In this document: positions 19,994-28,555 of the stretch, in pieces
How positions within the stretch are numbered: the stretch's first letter is position 1
How the letters are laid out: every line of letters starts with the position of its first letter
Assembly (NCBI GenBank): GCA_039111535.1
Contig: JBCCIM010000001.1
Coordinates: forward strand, 25,959 to 89,958
Source of the DNA: Bacteroidota bacterium
Lineage (GTDB): Bacteria; Bacteroidota; Rhodothermia; Rhodothermales; JAHQVL01
Reading direction: 5' to 3'
DNA length: 64,000 bases
The notes under the pieces: generated by a model
Databases searched by the model: none
Told to the model about the DNA's origin: nothing
What the model saw: only the letters and a program-made list of their open reading frames with translations
Translations under genes and position numbers: made by a program

Positions 19994-20221
19994 TTAGCTA
20001 CACCAAGGTGTTAGGTACGGGTAGAGCTAAACAGACATGTGGGTCCTGGACATGTACTTATTAGTCATCCCTGAGCGCATGAAGTGCTGATTTGAAGTGT
20101 CTTTTCAGGTGTCCCATAACAAATGCCAGCACAATTTATCATTGCCTTAACATCCAGCCGGGGAGCTGATGCCTATGATATGCAGGCATTCGTAGTTTGT
20201 TTTTTACAACACTTGATTATT

Positions 20222-20827
20222 GTGGAAATTTACCCCGGATTATCAACCTACATCGCGTCCCTGATCCATAGTTTCGATCAGATTCCGGCTGCACGGAAGG
20301 TTGCCCTCGAACAATTGGCTGCTTATATAAATACACAGCCACAACCAGCTAAGCTGAATTTTATCTGTACCCATAATTCGCGACGCAGCCATATCAGCCA
20401 GATATGGGCCGCTACAGCAGCACACTATTATAATATAGCGGCCACCTGTTACTCCGGCGGTACCGAAGCAACAGCGTTTAACCCGCGGGCAGTAGCAGCT
20501 ATGGAGCGGGCCGGGTTCATGATTCACAATCCCGGCGGTATCAATCCGCAGTACCTGGTAAGCTTTGCAAAAAACGCGCCGGCGCTAACCTGTTTTTCCA
20601 AAACCTATGACGATCCGGTTAACCCATCAACGGGATTTGCAGCAGTCATGACCTGCAATCATGCAGACGCCCATTGCCCCTTCATCCCCGGCGCTACACG
20701 CATTGCCTTGACTTACAAAGACCCAAAAGAAGCTGACGACACCCCAGAGGAAACCGCACGCTACGATGAACGTGTACGGCAAATTGGCACCGAACTCTTC
20801 TACGCCATGCACAGTGCTGCGCGTTAA
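20222..20827 (+). CDS. Low-molecular-weight phosphatase family protein (ArsC/LMW-PTP-like)
   Basis: CX5R(S/T) P-loop FICTHNSRRSH, plus YSGGTEAT and MTCNHADAHCPF. Homologues begin about 45 aa before the P-loop (M.YP.L..YI), which favours the GTG at 20222. The ATG at 20123 is the longest alternative. Confidence 0.8.
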   Translation: MEIYPGLSTYIASLIHSFDQIPAARKVALEQLAAYINTQPQPAKLNFICTHNSRRSHISQIWAATAAHYYNIAATCYSGGTEATAFNPRAVAAMERAGFMIHNPGGINPQYLVSFAKNAPALTCFSKTYDDPVNPSTGFAAVMTCNHADAHCPFIPGATRIALTYKDPKEADDTPEETARYDERVRQIGTELFYAMHSAAR

Positions 20828-20854
20828 CGCTGCCCTGCCTTCAGACGGTATAAC

Positions 20855-21400
20855 ATGTTAAAACGTTGGAAAAAACTCGGCCAAACCGTTCGATTTGTAA
20901 ATCCATGGTGGACGTACAAAGTTGATACCTTTCAAATTCCCGATGGCGTAAGCGGAGAATATCATTTTGTTTATACACGCGGTTCCAGTGCCGTGGTACC
21001 AGTAACAGCTGCCGGCAAAATTTTACTGGTTAAGCAGTATAGATATTTGTGCGACCGCGAAAGCCTTGAATTCCCTTGTGGCAGCATTAATGAAGGCAGC
21101 GACCATAAAGAAACAGCACACCATGAACTGGCTGAAGAAGCCGGCTTTGAAGCCGGCACCCTCGTTGATGTTGGCCACTTCAACCCGTACAACGGCGTCA
21201 CCAGTGAGATTTGCCACGTATACGTAGGATCAGACCTCACGCCAACGGAAGCAAAACCAGATCTGACCGAAGAGTTTGAAATACACCAGTACAGCATTCA
21301 CGAAGTTGATGCCCTCATCCGTGAGAATACCATTTGGGACGGCATGACACTCGCCGCCTGGATGTTAGCGCGCCCCAGGGTATTGGCCCTGTTAGGCTAG
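20855..21400 (+). CDS. NUDIX hydrolase
   Basis: Nudix box GSINEGSDHKETAHHELAEEAGF (G-x5-E-x7-R/H-E-x2-E-E-x-G). Confidence 0.88.
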   Translation: MLKRWKKLGQTVRFVNPWWTYKVDTFQIPDGVSGEYHFVYTRGSSAVVPVTAAGKILLVKQYRYLCDRESLEFPCGSINEGSDHKETAHHELAEEAGFEAGTLVDVGHFNPYNGVTSEICHVYVGSDLTPTEAKPDLTEEFEIHQYSIHEVDALIRENTIWDGMTLAAWMLARPRVLALLG

Positions 21401-21576
21401 ACTATTTGCCCTTTCAGTACGGTCAATTTTGAGCGAGTCAACCCAACGTTTGGCTAAAACAGTTGAGAAACGTCTGGAATAGTTCTAACTTGGCACGAAA
21501 TCATGAGGTAGTTTCAGGCATCAGATACCAATCTCATAACTACCCCCTCAGCCTGAAACCCTAACTTTATCTTCCA

Positions 21577-23373
21577 ATGCCTACGATAGAAGCCCAACTA
21601 TCAGCAGAAAAAAAGAAGCTGGCGCTTGTAAAAGAAGTCGGGCGCGCGCTTTCCTCTGCGATGGACCTTGAGTCTTTGCTCAAGCTCATCGTGGAGAATA
21701 TTACGCTGTTGATGGAGGCAGACCGGTCTACGTTATATCTGCTCTCGGAAGACGGGCAGTTTTTATGGTCGCGGCTCGCCCAGGGCAACGAAGAGGTAGA
21801 GATACATCTCAAAATTGGAGAAGGCCTCGCCGGCTGGGTTGCCTCTTCGGGAGAAACCATCAACATCCCCGATGCCTACAGCGACGATCGGTTTCAGCCG
21901 GCGTACGACCAGAAAACGGGCTACCGCACCCAATCGATTTTATGCATCCCGATGCGCAACCACGTCGGGAATATCATTGGGGCCGTTCAGGTACTCAATA
22001 AAAAAGCCGGCCCGTTTATGCAGGACGACGAAGAGCTCCTTGCAGCCCTCGCCAGCCTCGCAGCCAGTGCCATCGAGAATACCAAACTCTACCAGTCGGT
22101 TGTTACAAAGAACGAAGAGCTCTACGAAACCCAGGAAGAGCTCAAACAGCGTGGCTTCGAACTAAACGTGCTCTATGATATAGAGCGCGAAATGAACTCG
22201 CTGCACGATCTCGATGAGTTGCTCGAACGCATTTTGCGTCGGTCCATCGAAATTGTTGGCGCTACAGCCGGCTCCATTGCGTTGATTTCAAAACGCATGG
22301 GCGACCTGCGTTTCCATACCACAGCCGGACAGCACGGCGACAGCGTTCTCAAACACAGGCTACAACTTGGTAAAGGCGTCATCGGCTGGGTTGCAGCAAA
22401 TGGCAAACCGGCCATCGTCAACAACCCAGACGCAGATCCGCGTCACGCTGCTGAAATTGCTGACCGGATCGGACTGAACCCCAATCATATTCTGTGCGCG
22501 CCGCTTGTTTATGGCGGCGAAACGCTTGGCGCCATCGAGATCATTGACAAGCTTGGCCCGTCAACACGGGGCGATTCCCCTGTTTTTGATGAAGATGATT
22601 TACGCCTGCTCGAATTGATTGCCGGCCAGGTTTCTCGCGCGGTGCAGCTTGCCCGTGCAAATGTAGAACGCGAAAATGAAAATCGCCTTGCCACCATCGG
22701 CCAGATGATGGCCGGCGTGATGCACGACCTCAAAACGCCGATGACCGTCGTTTCCTGGTATGCAGATATGATGGCGGAGATAGAAAATGAGGACGAGCGG
22801 AAATCCTACACAGAACTGATCAAACGCCAGTTCGACATGATGGATGGGATGACGCGCGAAGTACTCGCATTTGCACGCGGAGAATCCCATCTCATTATCC
22901 GAAAGGTATACCTCTCGCGTTTTCTGGATGACATGGTCAAACAGCTCGAACACGAGCTTGCCGACAAAAACGTGCAGATCAAGCTTGAAGCAGCATATAA
23001 TGGTGTAGCGCATTTCGACGAAAACAAAATCATGCGCGTTATCCATAACCTGGCGCGCAACGCGATGCAGGCCATGCCCGATGGCGGCGAGTTCAGGATT
23101 CGAACCAGCACAACTGACGACAGCCTCATCTTTGAATTCAAAGACAACGGACCGGGCATCCCCACAGAAATGCAGGGCCGGCTCTTTGAACCTTTTACCA
23201 CTGCCGGCAAGGCAGAAGGCACCGGCCTTGGTCTCGCCATCGTAAAGAAGGTTGTCGAAGACCACGAAGGCAAAATCGCCTTCTCCTCCACACCCGACAA
23301 AGGCACCTGCTTCCGCGTTACCCTACCCAAACGCGAAGAAGAAATGGCAGATGAAACGGCGCTGCCTGGTTGA
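21577..23373 (+). CDS. Cytoplasmic GAF-GAF sensor histidine kinase
   Basis: Two GAF domains, H-box MHDLKTPMT, N box HNLARNAMQA, G boxes DNGPGI and GTGLGLAIVKKVVEDHEG. No TM segment. Confidence 0.92.
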   Translation: MPTIEAQLSAEKKKLALVKEVGRALSSAMDLESLLKLIVENITLLMEADRSTLYLLSEDGQFLWSRLAQGNEEVEIHLKIGEGLAGWVASSGETINIPDAYSDDRFQPAYDQKTGYRTQSILCIPMRNHVGNIIGAVQVLNKKAGPFMQDDEELLAALASLAASAIENTKLYQSVVTKNEELYETQEELKQRGFELNVLYDIEREMNSLHDLDELLERILRRSIEIVGATAGSIALISKRMGDLRFHTTAGQHGDSVLKHRLQLGKGVIGWVAANGKPAIVNNPDADPRHAAEIADRIGLNPNHILCAPLVYGGETLGAIEIIDKLGPSTRGDSPVFDEDDLRLLELIAGQVSRAVQLARANVERENENRLATIGQMMAGVMHDLKTPMTVVSWYADMMAEIENEDERKSYTELIKRQFDMMDGMTREVLAFARGESHLIIRKVYLSRFLDDMVKQLEHELADKNVQIKLEAAYNGVAHFDENKIMRVIHNLARNAMQAMPDGGEFRIRTSTTDDSLIFEFKDNGPGIPTEMQGRLFEPFTTAGKAEGTGLGLAIVKKVVEDHEGKIAFSSTPDKGTCFRVTLPKREEEMADETALPG

Positions 23374-23671
23374 GCGTCAATAGCTCACCAGGAAAAGGGC
23401 CGTCATCTACGTTAGCGGCGACCTATTTAATCTTGATGGGTCTTTTCTATTACGCACTACTTCCTGATCCAGCACACTGTCATCCTCAGCTTGACGGGGG
23501 ATCCACAGGCATGATGCTCTACAGGGATGTTTAATGCTATCCGGGTGGATAACCAATCAAGTTGGGGATGACGGTCAACGGGGCAACATGGCGATCAAAG
23601 TGTCAACCTATAATGGACGGTCTCAGGTTAACCGCCAAGCCCTTCATCATTTGCAAATTGCCAATACTGAT

Positions 23672-24706
23672 ATGATCAGGTCTGCATCAACTACATTTTC
23701 GATAAGAACCCTTCTGCTGTGGCTATTTGTTGCCGTTCTCCCCACCATCACTGAGGCACAACCCGCAGATAAATTTGCACCCCTCCTCGATCGCGCGGAC
23801 GAACTCGCGCCGCTTAACAGCCTGATCATCTACCAGAAAGGAGAAATTGTAGCTGAGCGGTATTATCGCGGGATGAAAGCAGACAAAGCGGTAAACATGA
23901 AGTCCGTTTCTAAAACACTGCTTTCTCCACTTGTTGGTATTGCAATGCGAGATGGGTTACTGGAAGGTCCTGATCAGAAAATTGCTGACTTTCTCCCCGA
24001 ATATTATGCAGAAATAGACGATGCCCATCGAAATCAAATCACATTGCGCGATGTGCTTTCGATGACAACCGGACTCGAAGGCACAAGCTTTGGGACCTAT
24101 GGCGCATGGGTCGCTTCGAAGGACTGGGTCAAGTATGCGCTTGACCGGGATATTGCTTGTGAGATTGGTGCGTGCATGACGTACAGCACGGGCAACACGC
24201 ATTTGATTTCAGTGATCCTTTCACGCGCCAGTGGTAAAAACCTGCGTTCTTATGCGCGCGAGGCATTTTTCAGGAAACTGGGCATCCCGATGCACAAGTG
24301 GGACCAGGATCCGCAGGGGTACTACCTCGGCGGCAACAACATGGCGCTGCGTCCCCGCGACATGTTGCGGTTCGGGCAGGTGTTTTTGAACAAGGGGCGC
24401 TACAAAGGTGAGCAACTGGTGCCGGCGGAGTGGATAGAAATTTCCTGGGAGCCGCGTACCATCTCCCCCTGGAATGGGCACCGCTATGGCTACCTGTGGT
24501 GGTCCCGGGTGTTTGGTGGTGAGCAAACCTATTTTGCCTGGGGATACGGCGGGCAATACATTTTCATTTTACCCGAGCTTGAATCGATTGTAATAGTCAC
24601 TTCATCGCTGCGAAATCGGCCACGCGGTGTTGATCACAACCAGGCAGTGCAGCAATTTTTGTCTGAAGAGATTATCCCCACCCTCAGGGCGAGCGGCGAC
24701 AGGTAA
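23672..24706 (+). CDS. Serine hydrolase, beta-lactamase/transpeptidase-like family
   Basis: S-x-x-K (SVSKT) and Y-x-N (YSTGN) motifs. Start chosen at MIRSAS.. ahead of the signal/TM segment. The longer ORF from 23534 runs through a REP-like repeat. Confidence 0.85.
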   Translation: MIRSASTTFSIRTLLLWLFVAVLPTITEAQPADKFAPLLDRADELAPLNSLIIYQKGEIVAERYYRGMKADKAVNMKSVSKTLLSPLVGIAMRDGLLEGPDQKIADFLPEYYAEIDDAHRNQITLRDVLSMTTGLEGTSFGTYGAWVASKDWVKYALDRDIACEIGACMTYSTGNTHLISVILSRASGKNLRSYAREAFFRKLGIPMHKWDQDPQGYYLGGNNMALRPRDMLRFGQVFLNKGRYKGEQLVPAEWIEISWEPRTISPWNGHRYGYLWWSRVFGGEQTYFAWGYGGQYIFILPELESIVIVTSSLRNRPRGVDHNQAVQQFLSEEIIPTLRASGDR

Positions 24707-24736
24707 ACGAGATAAAGTGCTACGCCAGGCCTCAAC

Positions 24737-25138
24737 TTAAACACTCGCCCCAATCGTTTGTAATCCAAAAACTTCTACAAACGGCAGAAAGTCTTTGTCG
24801 GAGAAAAGCAATGCGTGTTTTTTTACAATACAGAACGTAGCGATGATCACATCTGCCGACTTTCGGATGGTTATCCCCTGCTTTCTTAGTGTTCGAAAAA
24901 ATGCTGCACTTTTGATAGCGTTCTCCCTGCCAAGCAGCTCAAAAATTGTCAGGGAAGACAACAACTGCTTTGCCTGCTGATAGTCTTTATCAGACCGAAA
25001 TCCCTGAAGGATTTCAAGAAGGATTAAATCACCAATTGCGACAGGCTCGTTTCCCAGCAGTCGATCGAGCGTATTTGTTTGTGGCGTGTCTCTTCCATTG
25101 AAGAAATCGATCCAAACACTTGTGTCGACGATGATCAT
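24737..25138 (-). CDS. vapC: PIN-domain toxin VapC
   Basis: MIIVDTSVWIDFF start with the conserved acidic residues (D5, LLEILQG, SDKDF). Its start overlaps the vapB stop by 4 nt. Confidence 0.9.
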   Translation of the reverse strand: MIIVDTSVWIDFFNGRDTPQTNTLDRLLGNEPVAIGDLILLEILQGFRSDKDYQQAKQLLSSLTIFELLGRENAIKSAAFFRTLRKQGITIRKSADVIIATFCIVKKHALLFSDKDFLPFVEVFGLQTIGASV

Positions 25139-25329
25139 GAGTCCGTTCGCATTTGGTCGAGATCTCCTTCCCAACGAACCTTGCCGCGGAGTTGCTTTAT
25201 CTTTTCTTGTCGCGCAAGTCGAACAACTGTTTTCAATCCAAACTCAACGGCTTCTCGCTTCGTTTTCAAACCCGTAAGCTTGAGTACTTCGCTCATCAAG
25301 TGATCATCAATAACTATGTTGGTGCGCAT
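25135..25329 (-). CDS. vapB: VapB-family antitoxin
   Basis: 64 aa. MRTNIVIDDHLMSEVLKLTGLKTKREAVEFGL is the typical VapB (DUF2191-type) N-terminus. Translationally coupled to vapC. Confidence 0.88.
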   Translation of the reverse strand: MRTNIVIDDHLMSEVLKLTGLKTKREAVEFGLKTVVRLARQEKIKQLRGKVRWEGDLDQMRTDS

Positions 25330-25574
25330 ATCCAAAACCCAATGTGTATATATCCCAAACATCATACACATCCCAACTCAACCGAGTTTCCTGGCAAATC
25401 AAGTACAACCGGGTTGGGCTCGAAGAAAAGAATCACCATTCCACGTGCACTAAATAGACGCTATTCCTGCGCCATACATACCTCCTTTTTCACGCAACCC
25501 TTTACAATCAACAAAAAAGCACTTTTCTTAATGCAACCCACCCGTTTGTTCTACCAGAACATATTGCACGTGAT

Positions 25575-26972
25575 ATGGCAAAGCTTGGAAGCGCTGCATC
25601 CCCCCTTCGTGTTGCAATCATCGGCGCCGGCCCTGCTGGATTTTACGCCGCAGCCCACCTGCTGAAGCAATCCGAACACACCATCCATGTCGACTTGTTC
25701 GACAAACTGCCGACACCTTTTGGCCTCGTCCGCGGAGGCGTTGCCCCGGATCACCAGAAAATTAAGTCGGTCACACGGCAGTACGACAAAACAGCCAGCC
25801 ACGAGAATTTCCGTTTCTTCGGTAACGTTACACTGGGTGAACACGTCTCGGTGGAAGACCTCCGCAAGTATTACCACCAGATTTGTTATACCACGGGCAC
25901 CCAGACCGACCGCAACCTGGGCATCCCGGGCGAAGGCCTGAACCGTAGCCATTCCGCTACAGAATTTGTTGCCTGGTACAACGGCCATCCTGAATACAAA
26001 CACCTTTCGTTTGATCTTTCACAGGAAAGCGTTGCTGTGATCGGTGTGGGCAATGTAGCAGTAGACGTTGCGCGGATTCTGTGCCGTACAGCTGACGAAC
26101 TGGCAAAAACTGATATTGCAGACTACGCATTAGAAGTGCTGAGCAACAGCAACGTGAAAGAAGTGCACATGCTTGGCCGGCGCGGGCCGGCACAGGCTGC
26201 GTTTACCAATCCGGAAGTAAAAGAGCTTGGCGAAATGGAAGACGCCGACGCGTTTGTCCTGCCAGAAGAAGCCGCACTGGACCCGCTAAGCCAGGCCAAC
26301 CTGGAAGCCAGTCCGGATCGTAAAATATCACGCAAGCTTGAAATCATGCAGGGCATGACCAGCACACCTGTGTCTGGAAAATCAAAAAAGCTGGTTATCC
26401 GCTTCCTGGTTTCTCCAACAGAAATTATTGATGATGGGACGGGGAGTGTTGGCGGCATGAAGCTCGTCAAAAATGAGCTCTACCTGAACGACAAAGGCGT
26501 CTTACGGCCGCGGTCAACCGAGACCACAGAAATACTCAACGCCGGCCTCGTTTTCCGCTCTGTTGGATACCGTGGCCTGCCCCTGCCGGGTGTGCCTTTC
26601 AACAGCGACTGGAATCTGATCCTCAACGAGCAGGGCCGCGTGTTGCGCGAAGATACCCGGGCACCCCAAACCGGCGAATACACCGCCGGCTGGATCAAAC
26701 GTGGCCCAAGCGGGGTGATCGGCACCAACAAAGCAGATGCTGTTGAAACAGCCAACTGCATGCTCGAAGATTATATGGCCGGCAAAACACTAGAGCCCGC
26801 CCATACCAATCCGGAAGCCATTGTGAACTTACTCAAAGAGCGGCAACCGGATTATTTCAGCTATGCTGAGTGGCAACAACTGGATGCGCTCGAAACAAGC
26901 AATGGAGTAGCACTTGGCCGGCCCCGACTCAAGTTTACTGACATTCCCTCGATGGTTGCTGCTGTCAAATAA
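25575..26972 (+). CDS. FprA-type NADPH:ferredoxin (adrenodoxin-like) reductase
   Basis: 465 aa. FAD motif VAIIGAGPAGFYAA and a second Rossmann motif VAVIGVGNVAVDVARIL. The overall pattern matches FprA/adrenodoxin reductase. Confidence 0.88.
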   Translation: MAKLGSAASPLRVAIIGAGPAGFYAAAHLLKQSEHTIHVDLFDKLPTPFGLVRGGVAPDHQKIKSVTRQYDKTASHENFRFFGNVTLGEHVSVEDLRKYYHQICYTTGTQTDRNLGIPGEGLNRSHSATEFVAWYNGHPEYKHLSFDLSQESVAVIGVGNVAVDVARILCRTADELAKTDIADYALEVLSNSNVKEVHMLGRRGPAQAAFTNPEVKELGEMEDADAFVLPEEAALDPLSQANLEASPDRKISRKLEIMQGMTSTPVSGKSKKLVIRFLVSPTEIIDDGTGSVGGMKLVKNELYLNDKGVLRPRSTETTEILNAGLVFRSVGYRGLPLPGVPFNSDWNLILNEQGRVLREDTRAPQTGEYTAGWIKRGPSGVIGTNKADAVETANCMLEDYMAGKTLEPAHTNPEAIVNLLKERQPDYFSYAEWQQLDALETSNGVALGRPRLKFTDIPSMVAAVK

Positions 26973-26999
26973 ATTTATCCTGCCAAACCCTACAATAAT

Positions 27000-28487
27000 A
27001 TGATGCGCCTGATTGCTGTACTCGTGCTGGGTACATTGGCCCTGAGTTGCGACACCCCTGTAATCTCTGTTGCAGAACCCGGGCAATCCGACAAACCCAA
27101 TATTCTGTGGTTGGTTGGCGAAAACATGAACCTCGACCTGGGTGTGTACGGTATGCCGAACGTCCACACACCGCATCTCGATTCACTTGCCGAAAACGGG
27201 CTCCGCTACACCCACGTGTTTGCAACTTCCCCCGTTTGCGCCCCGAGCCGGTCTGCGTTTATGGTTGGTATGTACCAGACCACCACCGACATGCATCACA
27301 TGCGCTCGCACCGGGATGATGACTATCGGCTGCCCGAAGGCGTCCGCCCGCTCACGCACCGCTTGCAAGATGCCGGCTACTTTACCGCCAACATCAAGTA
27401 CATCGATTCGCTCGAAGTAGGCACCGCTAAACTCGATCTCAACTTTGTCAATGAAGGTCCGGTTTATCAATCCAATGACTGGTCGCAGCTGCAATCCAGC
27501 CAACCGTTTTTTGCGCAGATCAACATGCCGGAAAGCGAATACGACATTTACGACCGCCAGACGTGGAAGCATCCCCGCGTAAAATGGTACGGCGAAGAGC
27601 AACACCCACAAATTGCCACTGCAGAGAATGTAAATCCACCACCCTACTACCCGGATCACCCAATTGTACGGGAAGAGTGGGCGCGGTACTTGAATTCTAC
27701 TTCGGGCATGGACATCCGGATTGGCTGGATTCTCGAACGGCTGCGGGAAGAAGAATTGGCGGACAACACCATCATCGTATTTTTTGGCGACAACGGCCGC
27801 ATGGAGCCACGCGGCATCCACTGGCCCTGGGATACAGGCCTGCACGTACCGATGATCATTTATTATCCGCCGGGCATGGATACGCCTCCGCAATATGAAG
27901 TGGGTGGCGTTAATGACGATGTGATCAGCTTGCTCGATCTTACAGCCACAACCCTGGAAATGGCCGGCCTCGAAAAACCGCGCGGTATGCAAAGCCGGCG
28001 CATTATCGGCGAAAAAGCAGATCCTCCCCGCACATATGCTTTCAGCGCACGCGACCGAATCGACGAAACAGAACTGCGCATGCGGTCGGTGCGGGGCAAA
28101 AAGTACCACTACATCCGCAATTACAGCGAAGGCGAAGGATTTGCCACGTTGAATCGCTACAAAGAGAAGTGCTTCATGATCAAGCCGTTGATGCGCGAGT
28201 TAATGGCGGAAGGCAAACTCACTGGCCCTGCACTCGATCTCATGCAGCCGATGCCATACGAATCGTTGTACGACACCGAAGCTGATCCACACGAAATCAA
28301 CAACATCGCAACATCAACCAACCCCGAACACCGGGAAGCCCTGCTCAGTATGCGGGCTGCGCTTGATACCTGGATTGCTGAAACCGGTGATCTGGGTGAA
28401 TGGCCAGAGGCTAGAGAAATTGTCGCCCCGTTCGAAAAAGAAATGCACGACTGGTTTGGCACCCCCGACTGGGTCGACAGTGACTGA
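27000..28487 (+). CDS. Sulfatase (formylglycine-dependent)
   Basis: Signal peptide/lipobox (LALSC), C-x-P-x-R motif SPVCAPSRSAF, and sulfatase family features throughout. Confidence 0.92.
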   Translation: MMRLIAVLVLGTLALSCDTPVISVAEPGQSDKPNILWLVGENMNLDLGVYGMPNVHTPHLDSLAENGLRYTHVFATSPVCAPSRSAFMVGMYQTTTDMHHMRSHRDDDYRLPEGVRPLTHRLQDAGYFTANIKYIDSLEVGTAKLDLNFVNEGPVYQSNDWSQLQSSQPFFAQINMPESEYDIYDRQTWKHPRVKWYGEEQHPQIATAENVNPPPYYPDHPIVREEWARYLNSTSGMDIRIGWILERLREEELADNTIIVFFGDNGRMEPRGIHWPWDTGLHVPMIIYYPPGMDTPPQYEVGGVNDDVISLLDLTATTLEMAGLEKPRGMQSRRIIGEKADPPRTYAFSARDRIDETELRMRSVRGKKYHYIRNYSEGEGFATLNRYKEKCFMIKPLMRELMAEGKLTGPALDLMQPMPYESLYDTEADPHEINNIATSTNPEHREALLSMRAALDTWIAETGDLGEWPEAREIVAPFEKEMHDWFGTPDWVDSD

Positions 28488-28488
28488 G

Positions 28489-28509
28489 GCAAACGAATGG
28501 TTCGTTTGC
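28489..28509. terminator. Hairpin directly after the sulfatase stop
   Basis: GCAAACGAA-TGG-TTCGTTTGC, a perfect 9-bp stem between convergent genes. It shares the GGCAAACGAA module with the hairpin at 43722. Confidence 0.5.
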
Positions 28510-28555
28510 TGTTGAAGGTTGAAAGTTGCAGGTTATTTTCCTTTGGGCTTGTAGC

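Noticed and set aside
27183-28109. 308-aa minus-strand ORF.
   Set aside because: It is antisense to the sulfatase gene, which carries the C-x-P-x-R motif. It has no motifs and a shadow-ORF composition.
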